A stretch of 63,837 nucleotides of DNA, filler included, from Octopus bimaculoides (GCF_001194135.2; 6 parts of 5 records of this genome joined end to end with filler, not necessarily neighbours in it), one strand, 5' to 3'; shown: positions 1 through 10,940, numbered from the whole stretch's first letter. The notes: generated by a model not told the origin, from the letters alone. A program made the numbers and translations.

Positions 1-31
1 CTAAACTAATCTGTGAATATGAAGTTATGTT

Positions 32-37
32 TTTAAT
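32..37 (-). promoter_or_regulatory. Possible ATTAAA polyadenylation signal of TRAF4
   Basis: The only AATAAA/ATTAAA-type hexamer I saw on the minus strand between the stop and the window edge, about 355 nt after the stop. AT-rich context, so it may be chance. Confidence 0.2.
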
Positions 38-392
38 TAATAAATATTGCAAAACATCACAACAGAAAGTTGTATAAATTTGAGGGCATCGTATTTGGGA
101 ATAAACCCAGTTGTATGCCTCAGAGAAGAGGAACAGCTGGCCATGACTAAAAGTTGTAGTGGGGTGGGGGAATGCCTCCCGATACTGCAGATCTTTCAAA
201 ATAAGGGTCAGCAGAGTGCAACATGGAAAAAAAAAACATTTCCTCTTGCATTTTTCTTTTCTGGCGTTTGTAATCTACCAAAAAAAAAAAAAAAATTTTT
301 TTAAGATACGAAGATGCCAAGAACAGCAAATGTGCTGACTCTTAAACGATCTTTTCAAGAACAATAACCAAACTTTGAAACAGAAAACCCAT

Positions 393-1007
393 TCATGGCA
401 CTATAAATGTTTTGTTGTCTACAGAAATCCCGATGTACAAAGCATCGTCTTTAATGAAATTTCTGGTCTTTAGAGTCTCCAAAGAAAGGAATTTGGGGTA
501 GCCAAATCCGAGTGTTTCAATGTCGGGGTGGGGCTTCTTGAACTGTTTCCTTGTAGGATCAGGTACAAAACGTTCCACAATGTTCTTACGTTTGTCAGGG
601 TCAGCAGCTTGATCATACAAGGTAAAGGTTACTGGAAGCCGGAATGGCCATTCGAGTATGTTATCATACTCTCCTGGTAAGATTTTAAAATACAACGAAA
701 GATATTTGCCATCTGAATTCCCGTAACCATTCAGAAAAACCGATGCCGATACTTTATAACCATTCCTTGATGTGTAAAACGGTTGACAAGTCAGTTCTTT
801 GGCTCCTTTGTAGGCAGCCTCTAAATATTTTGTCTTGTAGTCACTGATCTTCCAAATGTAGCTTCCATTGGTGATCTGTGTACTGGCATGAAGAGCGTTC
901 TTCAGTTGACGAATCTCCTGCTGTTGCTGTCGTACCAGTTCCCAGACCAAGCTCAAATGGCGTTTGATATTTTCTTCCATATGACTGTCCAAATGGAACC
1001 TTTGGCA
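393..1007 (-). CDS. TRAF4: TRAF4-like, last coding exon (coiled coil + MATH/TRAF-C domain), 615 nt incl. stop
   Basis: Acceptor tttttctag|TGC at 1008/1007. Translation CQRFHLDSHMEENIKRHLSLVWELVRQQQQEIRQL...YIWKISDY...FYTSRNGYKVSASVFLNGYG...LSLYFKILPGEYDNILEWPF...TFTLYDQ...LGFGYPKF...FIKDDALYI matches the TRAF4 C-terminus. TGA at 395-393. Confidence 0.96.
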   Translation of the reverse strand, partial: CQRFHLDSHMEENIKRHLSLVWELVRQQQQEIRQLKNALHASTQITNGSYIWKISDYKTKYLEAAYKGAKELTCQPFYTSRNGYKVSASVFLNGYGNSDGKYLSLYFKILPGEYDNILEWPFRLPVTFTLYDQAADPDKRKNIVERFVPDPTRKQFKKPHPDIETLGFGYPKFLSLETLKTRNFIKDDALYIGISVDNKTFIVP

Positions 1008-1236
1008 CTAGAAAAATGGTAAAGAAATAAAAAAATTTGTTAATATTCAAGTATCCAACTTCATCCAAAATGTTTGTCGTGTCAGAATGTCTTTCTTACT
1101 ACAGATACACCTGATACTGTCAGGTGTCTATAAACATACCTGATATTGTCAGAAGTGTGTATTATCTATCTCCTGTATACACACCTGATATATTATCAAA
1201 GATGTGTGTTGTCTTTTATATACACACCTGACTGTC

Positions 1237-1565
1237 AGAGGTATTGTTGGGCAATCTGAGGCTGGTCTTAGCCAGCGAAAAATTGCCGAAAATCTTCAAA
1301 TTCCTCTTGCTACTGTTAATAGAATTATGGTGCAATTCAAAAGCCAAGGAAAGGAATCAACAGATTCTCGTCCTGGCCGACCTGGGTCCTCAGAAAGGAT
1401 GCTTCACTGTTTGAAGAGAATTATGGAAAACTAACTCCGTTCGAAGGCTTCTGACATTGCAAAACAGCTAGAATTTAGTCCAAGAACGTGTGCTACATAT
1501 CTGCATAAGCTTGGGTATTATGGACGAGCAGCTAGAAGAAAACCTCTCCTTCAACCAATTAATTT
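1237..1565 (+). mobile_element. Tc1-like transposase N-terminal (HTH) fragment in the last TRAF4 intron
   Basis: [34 protein letters not shown]...RPGRP...*LRSKASDIAKQLEFSPRTCATYLHKLGYYGRAARRKPLL. Paired-like HTH, GRP linker and RRKPLL NLS; one in-frame stop. Confidence 0.85.
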
Positions 1566-1795
1566 CAAATAAAAGATTTTGAAAATTAAAGGTGTCTATT
1601 AACTTCCTGTGTACACAACTGGAATATCCTATTTGATACAACTCATTCTATCTGAATCGTTATTTTACTATATATATATCCGATACTGTGTGTGTTGTTA
1701 ACTGTATACACACCTGACGTACTGTCACTTATGTATATTGTGGTGTATTTGTGTGTAGAACATTAACAGAATTGAACCATAAGATAAATTCTTAC

Positions 1796-1951
1796 CTTGG
1801 TCTTGCAGCCAGCCTCTTTAAAAGCACAAGTAATTGAAACAGAAGGACAACGTTCTTGAATGTGAACTTCGACCTCTTCTCTGGGGATTTTTGCTGTTTC
1901 ACACTGATTGGGACATTGCACAGGGAATCGGGGACATTTGTATTGATGAGT
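1796..1951 (-). CDS. TRAF4: TRAF4-like internal exon, 156 nt, TRAF zinc finger
   Basis: ctctctcag|ACT ... AAG|gtaag, phase 0/0. THQYKCPRFPVQCPNQCETAKIPREEVEVHIQERCPSVSITCAFKEAGCKTK. Not in the supplied ORF track. Confidence 0.95.
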
Positions 1952-1994
1952 CTGAGAGAGAGAAAGATAAATAAAAGTCAGTTTAAGATATTTT

Positions 1995-2232
1995 TAACCC
2001 TTTAGCATTCAGATTATTCAATAGCATCATAGCCTGGAGATCTGGCTAGTTTGAACATAAAGCAAATAGAATATTTAATATCTGTATATATTTGTGAGGT
2101 ATATATCAACCCTTTTGATATGAAACCCAGCTGAAACCACTTCTGGCTCTTTAGTTACAAATGCCTTGTTTTCAAAAGTTCTGAATTAAAATCTTCCACC
2201 AAACCTTAGTCACAATTCATGTTCTTAACGCA
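1995..2232. mobile_element. Two abutting fragments of TTAA-CCCTT-ended (piggyBac-like) MITEs
   Basis: ttaaccctttagcattcaga at about 1995 and caacccttttgata at about 2107; partner termini not clearly identified. Confidence 0.35.
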
Positions 2233-2495
2233 GAGTGTCAAGGCAGATGAAATGCTGCCAAGCGTTTTGCCTGACCTGTCAACGATTCTGCCAGCTCGCC
2301 ACCATTATCCGCTTCTTTCCTTATAATTATGTTGAAACAGCATCAAAGAAAACTGAAAACTGTCCGCCTACGTACATTTTTGTCATCATCATCATCATCA
2401 TCACTACCAACATCATCTTACTGTGTCACTGGCACACAAGACGGGTTGTCTGTGACAGGACCTAAAAAAGCCTCTTCTACCGTGTTTCAGTTATA

Positions 2496-3061
2496 CAGGG
2501 GAGCCTCAGTTTACAAATGCCTTTCAATCACAAACAAATCGGTTTATGAACAATTTTTTAAAACCTAAATTGTCTCAGCTTTGATGAACAGTGTCTTGAA
2601 TAACAAACACAAACCAGCAACAACAGTTGGTGACAACAAACTGGGAATATCAGCAGAAGAGCATCAAAGACTTCCAGCTCCCACTCAATGCATATTGATT
2701 TATAAAAGTGTTTAATATACTCTGTCGTATGTTATGGCAACATAATGAAATACCTACAAAGTCATTAATGACCCTGCTTGCATTTGTTTTGCCTTCTGTT
2801 ATGTCTCAGCTCTACTGCTATCTAGCACCTTCGGATGATCTCTACTCAACCGCTACACAACTACTACTAGACTGCTACTCGACACTCCTACCATGGCCAA
2901 ACTACCTCTATTTATATGTCTTGGGAGATCCTACTTCTTCACCTGGGGGTGTCGACACAACACCTTTTGAATTTCCAATTGGGAAAATACTTTGTTTATA
3001 ACATTTTGGGAGATGAATGACCTTCAGGAATGAATAAAACTCTTAAACTGAGGCTCCACTG
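2496..3061. mobile_element. Tigger/pogo-like MITE, 566 bp, with TA target duplication
   Basis: TIRs caggggagcctcagttta (2496-2513) and taaactgaggctccactg (3044-3061) match at 17/18; TA at 2494-2495 and 3062-3063; no transposase ORF. Confidence 0.8.
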
Positions 3062-3196
3062 TATTCGGGGCTACATCTCTCTCAGACCTGTTTGCCTTCA
3101 ATGAAGATGGCAGAGTTGTCGTCGTTCTCGTTCATCATTATTTCTAGATTCCAGACAGGGCTGTTATTGCAAGGAAGAATTCTTGGGAGAACTTAC

Positions 3197-3358
3197 CTGT
3201 AATGTTTCTTCTACAAATTCTCGTTTACAATACTGACACAGGACAGTTCTTTTGTGGCATTCATTCTTCATATGATTTGAGAGATGTCGTCTGTCAAGGC
3301 GAGCGCCACACTTGTTCTCGCACCACACGGATTCATATGGACAGTTGCCATTGTGATT
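3197..3358 (-). CDS. TRAF4: TRAF4-like internal exon, 162 nt, TRAF zinc finger
   Basis: cttctgtag|AAT ... CAG|gtaagt, phase 0/0. NHNGNCPYESVWCENKCGARLDRRHLSNHMKNECHKRTVLCQYCKREFVEETLQ. The CENKCGAR motif is characteristic of TRAF4. Not in the ORF track. Confidence 0.95.
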
Positions 3359-3816
3359 CTACAGAAGCAATAAAAATGGTTTGTCTGAGACTACAAAAGT
3401 AGCAAAATGGTCTTTCGGTGAGCGTTAGAAAAAGTTGGAACATTTGAAGGGGCCTCTATCTGGAAGCTTGATTTGTTAGAAATAGAAGCCAAATCTTCCT
3501 CAGATTACACCCTACTGTCTTAAATTGGGAAAGGAGACATCTCAAATATTATAATTCTAGGACTAAAGTAATAACGCAGTTGGTAAGATTGAAGGGATGG
3601 AAGAGGTTCAGAGAAATATTGTCTCCATTGGCAACAAAGGGGTTAAGTTTGTCTCTGATTATCTTTCGCCCCCCCTCCCTACTCTCCAATTTTCTCTGTG
3701 AAAATCATGCTTATAAAGCATAAGGAGTATGGTGGAACACTGGTAATTAATTAAATTAAATTAGAATGATGATGATGATGATGATGACTGGAGAAAATGG
3801 AAGGAGAAAGACTTAC

Positions 3817-3978
3817 CTCAAATTGCTCTCCAGAAAACTCGTTTCCACAAAATTTACACAGTACCCGTCGTCTTGGGCAGGTAAATTCTAGATGGTCATG
3901 GACACACATGCGAGAGAGGAGAGCGGAACAGCTGTTGGGGCAGGACACAGCATCGTAGCGACAGATATCGAGATGACT
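3817..3978 (-). CDS. TRAF4: TRAF4-like internal exon, 162 nt, TRAF zinc finger
   Basis: cttcag|AGT ... GAG|gtaagt, phase 0/0. SHLDICRYDAVSCPNSCSALLSRMCVHDHLEFTCPRRRVLCKFCGNEFSGEQFE. Confidence 0.95.
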
Positions 3979-4322
3979 CTGAAGAAGAGGAACAACAACA
4001 AAATTGGTTAATCCAGGCATTTGAATAAAGTTGTTGATCTACATTTTTGCACATTGAATTTTCTAATGCTTAAAATTACACACACACACACACAGAACGT
4101 AAGTATATAATTGTTCAAGAATCAATAATTTTGCCACAATTGCCAAATGTAATGACCTCCATGCAATAATAGTTATTCATTAGAACTCAATTAAGCCTTC
4201 AACTCTCTTATTTCCCCCCTTTCCCCCCCTTCTTCAACTTAAATATGTAAATTTAACAATTCAAAAATTATTAACGAAAGGACATCAAATGCTTAATTAA
4301 AATAAATAATCATTAAACTTAC

Positions 4323-4427
4323 CTGTAATTTTCCCAGTTGATCAACCCATTTGCATCCATCCTTGTAGTGTTTGCAGCGGATCAGACTGGTTGTGATCTC
4401 TGTGTAAAGGTTGTTATCAGGATAAAG
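4323..4427 (-). CDS. TRAF4: TRAF4-like internal exon, 105 nt
   Basis: ttccag|CTT ... CAG|gtaagt, phase 0/0. LYPDNNLYTEITTSLIRCKHYKDGCKWVDQLGKLQ. Confidence 0.94.
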
Positions 4428-4498
4428 CTGGAACGGAAAGAACAAACAATGCAGGAACTCAATGGAATCACCAATCAATATTTTTATTTATTTGAAAT

Positions 4499-4640
4499 AG
4501 GCAGAGGCATGACTGTGTGGTAAGAAGTTTGCTTCCTAACCACATGGGTTTGGGTTCAGTCCCACTGTGTGGTACCTTGGGCAAGTGTCTTCTATATCTG
4601 GTCAACCAAAGCCTTGTGAGTGGATTTGGGAGGCAGAAAC
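4499..4640 (+). mobile_element. tRNA-headed SINE with CORE-like segment (partial)
   Basis: A/B-box-like head (gtgtggtaag...gggttcagtcc) followed by ggtaccttgggcaagtgtcttct and aaagccttgtgagtggattt. Related pieces at about 25005-25145 (-), 27805-27895, 54875-54970 (-) and 59460-59570. Confidence 0.65.
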
Positions 4641-4880
4641 ATTAGCCCTGTACAATATCTATACACTGAACAAGTTTTAGTACAGTATTAGTGACAATAG
4701 TACTAGATCTAATTCTAATATTCATATAATGGTCATCCAGAGTTAACAGACCGTGTGGTGTTAAGATGTCCATTAAGCTCAGACGCTCGCAGTTCCTGTG
4801 TTTGTCTTACCGAAGTTTAGTCCAGTCACAGAATTAGCAACAAACCACCACCAAATGAATGTGTAATGAGAAGAACTTAC

Positions 4881-4932
4881 TTTGCTGTAGTCGAGAGGTT
4901 TGTCATCTTCAGGGCACTTGAATACACCAGCA
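4881..4932 (-). CDS. TRAF4: TRAF4-like second coding exon, 52 nt (end of RING region)
   Basis: tttcacag|T GCT GGT ... AAA|gtaagt. Starts with the last base of a split codon. (S)AGVFKCPEDDKPLDYSK resembles human EGVFKCPEDQLPLDYAK. Confidence 0.93.
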
Positions 4933-5162
4933 CTGTGAAAGAAAGGGAGAAAAAAAGGGGACAATCAAAGAAAAATGAAATCAATAAGGAAGAAAATAAA
5001 GACAAGGCAAATTATAACATTCTGTAGAAGGAGACTTAACCACTTAACGAACATTTTGGTTTCAATTTCCATGGAAAAAAAATTTTATTAATATTATTTA
5101 TTTTGTATTTTATATAAGGAAGAATAAGTACACAAATTATTTTGGATCAGTTATGATCTATG

Positions 5163-5580
5163 ATGAAGTTACTGATAGAAACGATAGTTACTGGTAGTTA
5201 ACGATAGAAAACGGGAATAACATGATGAACGAAGTATTTTGTGTTAAAAAAAGTAAGTGACGGATACCTCAAGAGTACAGTGAACGTATATTTTCGTTCA
5301 AATATATAATTACTAGACATCTCTGAACGAAAATATACAGGATGAAATATTAAGAGTTTAATCAGGCCTTCGTTTTGCCAAAATGCTAAACTAAAGTATG
5401 AAGTTACTGATCGTTAATGCCAGAAAACAAGAATAACACGATGAACGAAGTATTTTGGATTAGAAAGAAGTGATGGATACCTCAAGAGTACAGTGAACGT
5501 ATAGTTTCGTTCAAATATATAGTTATTAGACATCTCTGAACGAAAATATACAGGATGAAATATTAAGAGGTTAAACAGCT
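5163..5580. repeat. Two-copy tandem duplication (offset about 213-235 bp) with an internal 15-bp inverted repeat
   Basis: ggatacctcaagagtacagtgaacgtata...ctctgaacgaaaatatacaggatgaaatattaagag occurs at 5262 and 5475. Confidence 0.9.
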
Positions 5581-6789
5581 TTAGACATTAGAGAAATGTT
5601 CTGGTTGTGTTGTTCTTTAATTCAGTGGATCTTAAGTTTACAAATAACAATGCCTACCCTTATCAAAAATATATATACGAAAATTTTAGCCCCAATCAAA
5701 AGTTGGTTGGGATCAAAAGCCTGTAGCCTTTAGTGGTTAACAATATTATCTTGTGTCTTTTTAGATAATTCTTTCTGTTGCCAACATAATATTCTGTTTT
5801 TAGAACTCAATATACATTTTTACTTTTAAAATATGAACTAAGTGAACAGATGTGTATGGATGTGTGTAACTGTAAATATATCTGAGTGTGCATGCATATG
5901 TGTGTGTATGTTCACGTGTGTGTGAATGTATGTGTGTGTGTATAAGCATAGACAACAAAGATAAGACAAGTGATAGGATTCGATTATTTATAAGTTTTTT
6001 TTTTACACACATAAACCACAACAGGAAACCAAACGTCATGCGTGCGACCCACATCACCTCAAGAGGCATTTTGACAGCAAAAAGTTCCAGAAACAAAGAA
6101 TATAGATGCATGCAATAACAGAGAATATGTGCAGGGCCCTGGAGGGTAGTCCAGACACAAACACACGCTGAAAACACACACACATGCATAGACACACACA
6201 TATATACATACACACACATGCATGCATAGACATACACACATATGCGCATATACATATATATACACACACACATACATATATAAATATATATATACACACA
6301 CGTGTGCTGATACATGGATGCAATTGAAAGCAGGAAAGGAAGGATTTAGCAGAAAACAAAAAAGTGACCCCTTTGCCTGGCATAGAATAACGGGAGAGAC
6401 TGTATAACCAACCAGTTGACATATAAGACATTATCATCACCGAAAAGGGCAGCAGAGAGAAAATAGGTGAAGAAACCCCATAAAAACTTCCACTTGCACA
6501 AAAGAAATAGTGGCAAATGGTTACATCTGTAATATGTATTACTTAGATGATAGGTTTAGTTAGACATCAGTGAGGAGGTGTTAGTGATCAGATTCTAGAA
6601 AAGACAGACATTATTCCTTAATATTTCTTTGGTTACACCAACACCAGATACAGTGGTACTCTGAGTGTAACAAAAGAGTTTTCATGAAGGATTCACACGA
6701 GTATAGTTTAGGTGATGGTAGTTCTGTGCTAGTTCAGTATTGTTAATAGTACAATGATGCTAGCATTGGTATTAGTAGTTTGATAATGT

Positions 6790-7727
6790 TGGTATTAGAG
6801 TTAGTCGTTTAGTAACGTTAGTAGTCGAGTTAGTAATGTTAGTAATCGAGTCAATAGTTTAGTAACTGAGTCAGTATAGTAATGTTAGTATTGGTGTTAG
6901 TAGTTTAGTAATGTTAGTATTAGAGTTAGTAATTTAGTAATGTTAGTAACTGAGTTAGTAATTTAGTAATGTTAGTAACTGAGTTAGTAGTTTAGTAATG
7001 TTATTATTAGAGTTAGTAATTTAGTAATGTTAATAATAGAGTTAGTAGCTTAGTAATGTTAGTATTAGAGTTAATAGTTTAGTAATGTTAGTATTGGTGA
7101 TAGTAGTTTAGTAATGTTAGTATTAGAGTTAGTAGTTTAGTAATGTTAGAGTTGGTGTTAGTAGTTTAGTAATTTTAGTATTAGAGTTAGTAGTTTAGTA
7201 ATGTGAGTAACTGAGTTAGTAGTTTAGTAATGTGAGTAACTGAGTTAGTAGTTTAGTAATGTTAGTATTAGAGTTAGTAGATTAGTAACGTTAGTATTAG
7301 AGTTAGTAGATTAGTAATGTTAGTATTAGAGTTAGTAGTTTAGTAATGTTAAGGTTGGTGTTAGTAGTTTAGTAATGTTAGTATTAGAGTTAGTAGTTTA
7401 GTAATGTTAAGGTTGGTGTTAGTAGTTTAGTAATGTTAGTATTAGAGTTAGTAGTTCAGTAATGTTAGTATTAGAGTTAGTAGTTCAGTAATGTTAGTAT
7501 TAGAGTTAGTAGTTCAGTAATGTTAGAGTTGGTGTTAGTAGTTTAGTAATGTTGGTGTTAGTAGATTAGTAATGTTAGTATTAGAGTTAGTAGTTTAGTA
7601 ATGTTAGTATTAGAGTTAGTAGTTTAGTAATGTTAGTATTAGAGTTAGTAGTTTAGTAATGTTAGTATTAGAGTTAGTAGTTTAGTAATGTTAGTATTAG
7701 AGTTAGTAGTTTAGTAATGTTAGTATT
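6790..7727. repeat. 29-bp minisatellite (gagttagtagtttagtaatgttagtatta)n running into an assembly gap
   Basis: Near-perfect units at 7560-7727, more degenerate toward 6790. Built from ttagta sub-repeats and almost free of C on the plus strand. Confidence 0.95.
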
Positions 7728-7827
7728 NNNNNNNNNNNNNNNNNNNNNNNNNNNNNNNNNNNNNNNNNNNNTTAATTAATTAANNNNNNNNNNNNNNNNN
7801 NNNNNNNNNNNNNNNNNNNNNNNNNNN
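7728..7827. other. Artificial 100-nt scaffold join (44 N + TTAATTAATTAA + 44 N)
   Basis: Same construct at about 14305-14404, 31769-31868, 34592-34691 and 62092-62191. The 12-mer gives a TAA stop in all six frames. Confidence 0.93.
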
Positions 7828-8125
7828 GTATTGTCTCTCTACTACCTCTGTCAAATGAATCACCAAAATTGGTCTTTCATTATTTATAATCTGTACCTGT
7901 TTGTTTGGTTACGAAATAAGATACACAAAAACGTGTTTCTGAATTACGTGTATTTACTTTATATACATATGAGTTGAAAACTTTCTTCTAGCATTCCACT
8001 TAATATCTAAATTCCATGCTGGCATGGATTGGAGAGTTATTAATGAAGAAATATGGTATCGTAGCTACTAACAGTTGAGGGTTGCGTAGTCTAGACGGCG
8101 TTTTTAGATTTCATTATTCTCTTTA

Positions 8126-8155
8126 ACCCGGGCAACGCCGGGTGTTTCTGCTAGT
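8126..8155 (+). mobile_element. Helitron 3' terminus
   Basis: Hairpin acccgg-gcaacg-ccgggt (8126-8143), then CTAG (8151-8154) followed by T: the canonical Helitron 3' signature. Confidence 0.8.
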
Positions 8156-8339
8156 TGTCAATAAAATTAACTCCTTTTGTATTACATGAACACCTATATT
8201 AATATAACAATAGATGATGTATGTAAACAGACAAGTCTCTTGTCATAACCATGCTACAAGGTAATTGAATATATTCCCTATTGAATTGTATGTTAAAAAG
8301 TAGATGGATCTCTGTGAGTTTCTATGATGAGTATCAATT

Positions 8340-8535
8340 GTTCAATCAACTGAAATATATACTCATTGAATTAGTGTGTAAGTGGCTGAGTATTCCACAA
8401 GAAGATGTATCTTTAATGTAATCCTGGGGCAGAATCAGTATGATAGCGTGACAAGGCTGAACCTTTGAACTGCAGGTACAATCCATCCAACAAGCTTTCA
8501 CACAATTTCCATCTACGCATTCACATTCACAAGGC
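8340..8535 (-). mobile_element. Decayed SINE 3' module
   Basis: Reverse complement contains cagccttgtcac...gaatactcagccacttacac, the same module as in the SINE at 30805-31194. Another copy at about 33740-33870 (-). Confidence 0.6.
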
Positions 8536-8559
8536 TTGGGAACAAAACATTTGAGCGAG

Positions 8560-8834
8560 GTTGTTGCCAGCGCCGTTGGACTGGCTCCTGTGCAGGTGGC
8601 CCGTAAAAAACACCATTTGAGCATGGCCGTTGCCAGTACCACCAGACTGGCCCTTGTGCTGGTGGCACATAAAAGCACCCACTACACTCTCGGAGTGGTT
8701 GGCATTAGAAAGCTGTAGAAACTCTGCCAGATCAGATTGGAGCCTGGTACAGCCATCTGGTTCTCAAGTCCCCAGTCAAATCGTCCAACCCATGCTAGCA
8801 TGGAAAGCAGACGTTAAACAATGATGATGATGAT
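8560..8834 (+). mobile_element. (GAT)n-tailed retroposon, older copy
   Basis: Same sequence family as 19346-19611; ends ccatgctagcatggaaagcagacgttaaacaatgatgatg. Confidence 0.85.
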
Positions 8835-10070
8835 TCAGACATGCTGCATGAACTGATATATGTATGTGTTGTAATGTGGTGCAGAGGTTTTGGCAAAATG
8901 AGCTTACAACTTGAGCTTTTGTCACTTCTTCAACTATTTTATCTCACATCACTAATGCCCTTGAAAAGTGCTTCAACTCCATTGTATTCTCCTGGGGAAC
9001 ATACTGGATCATAACCAGTTTCATCTGGAAATAGCCAGTATTTTAAGAAAAAGGGGAAAAAATGTTTATCCAGTATTCATTCAGGATTTGTAAATTATTA
9101 CCATAGGATTGATCTATAAAAGTTACTGTTAGATAACATTTCTATTTTAACATGACAAGGTAAAATATTTTGCTGTATCAATAAATACTAGGTTAGAGAA
9201 GGAGTGTTAACTAATTTAATAAGGTTATTGCAAATCAGATGCTGATATAAGTCGTCACTTATGAAAATTCTTAGTACATTAGTACTGTACTAAAAGTGTT
9301 GGTTTGTGGTGAAAGCAAGCAAAACGTGGGACTTCTTTAATTTTGCAGTGAAGACTTTAAATAGCTTAATTCCAAGATACTTTCTGTAGTAGGTTGTAGT
9401 GTTACTACTTTCTTTAGACACTATCAGAGTAAAGGGTAATTTGGCTCTTTATACTGGACACTTTGGCATTGGTTCAATAGTGTGAGATCAATAGAAATTG
9501 ATTTCTGAGATATTTTGGGGAACAAAATCTATTTGTAAATTTTAGATTTACAAACACTAGTCTTCTAATTTTTTTTTTTTTTTCTCCTATAATAAACTTG
9601 AGGTAGGGTTTATTTCTCTTGCTAGAGTGCAATAAAACGAAATGGTAAATTTATCTCAATCAATAGTTGATTTCTGAATTTAAAATCAAATTGAATTTCT
9701 GGAAGAAAGAATTGTCTATAATTGCAGCTATTTGTTCCATTTCCAATATATGAAAATAAAAATAAATATTATTTAAATATTTCTCCCATATGTTAGTGAT
9801 ATAAATAGAGCTTAGCGTCTTGTTGATTACAGGGATCAGTAGCATAAATAAAATAGCTACAATCAGGATTTAAAATTAGGTTGCAGGCTTACTTTCCTAG
9901 AAGCTTATCTCATATTCTATGGTACTCATTTTGTAATGTACGTATTTCTGTTGTGTCTGTGTGTGTATGTACATATGGGTGGTTGAATGTTTGCATGTAT
10001 GTGAATACATATATACATACATATGTATGCGTATATGTCCATACATACATATACACATACATACGTACAC

Positions 10071-10101
<31 letters not shown>

Positions 10102-10165
10102 TACAGACAAATATATTACAGACAAATATATTAAAAAATGCATATATATATATATNNNNNNNNNN

Positions 10166-10228
<63 letters not shown>

Positions 10229-10664
10229 TACATACACATTATACATATGTATAGCTGAAATAAAATGTGTGGCACATATTTGCTGCACTGTTTATACAAG
10301 TTCATAGCATTAAGGAAGTGGTATAATATAGTTTTTACAATTTATATTGCTCGCTTTCCATAATAAATTGTTTGTACTGCTTATAGCTGATAACTTCAAT
10401 ACAAAGCTTGAGAAAAAAATAATATATAACAGGACTTTTGATATTCTTAGAATCTTCATCCTGTTGCTAAAGTCCTAGCTTAACCATCATCACTTCATTT
10501 AGTAAACCTTCCTGTTATCAAAATCTCTAAACAAGTTTCCATTTAGAAATTCTGCTGGCTAAAGAGCAATCACCTCACTGGAATCTCAAATCATTCTGAT
10601 ATAATGTAGGACTCTTCTAATATTTCTTCCTCTTGCTACTACTCATCTGGCTGAATGAATCTCT

Positions 10665-10830
10665 TTTATTTTTTTTTATTTATTTCAGTTATTGGACTGC
10701 AGCTATGCTGGGGTATTGTCTTCAAGAGTTTAATCAAATGAATCAACCCCAGTACTTACTTTTTAAGTCTGGTACTTATTCTACCAGTCTCTTTTGCTGG
10801 ACTGTTAAGTTACAGGAAAGTGAGCAAACC
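10665..10830 (-). mobile_element. SINE 3' portion (ccagcatggccgcagtc...tgaaacaagtaaaag type)
   Basis: Similar tails at 11232-11305 (-), 55090-55270 (+), 58360-58430 (-) and 59640-59835 (+). Confidence 0.6.
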
Positions 10831-10866
10831 AATAATTATCAAGTAGTGGTAATGGATAAATACACT

Positions 10867-10868
<2 letters not shown>

Positions 10869-10939
<71 letters not shown>
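10869..10939. repeat. (CA)n microsatellite (representative of dozens of TA/CA/GA/CAT/AAT/TATC tracts)
   Basis: Directly visible. Other long tracts at about 11935-12007, 15777-15832, 28810-28865, 36655-36712, 46393-46475 and 53305-53406. Confidence 0.98.

Positions 10940-10940
<1 letters not shown>

Noticed and set aside
3751-4020. ORF starting MPGLTN as the TRAF4 start (human TRAF4 begins MPG)
   Set aside because: The MPG lies in intron sequence before the acceptor at 3979; upstream exons 4323-4427 and 4881-4932 splice in frame.
5800-6440. Long ORFs rich in YI/CV/HT/SL/ER (here and throughout the window)
   Set aside because: Translations of dinucleotide microsatellites, which lack stop codons.
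6790-7727. Satellite as an interstitial telomere
   Set aside because: Sub-repeat is TTAGTA, not TTAGGG or TTAGG; the 29-bp period is unlike telomerase products.
7772-7783. TTAATTAATTAA palindrome recurring five times
   Set aside because: Always centred in a 100-nt N run and encodes stops in all six frames: an assembly spacer, not biology.
8960-9110. Minus-strand YWLFPDETGYDP as a pogo DETG motif
   Set aside because: Four-residue match only, with no flanking transposase similarity or TIRs.
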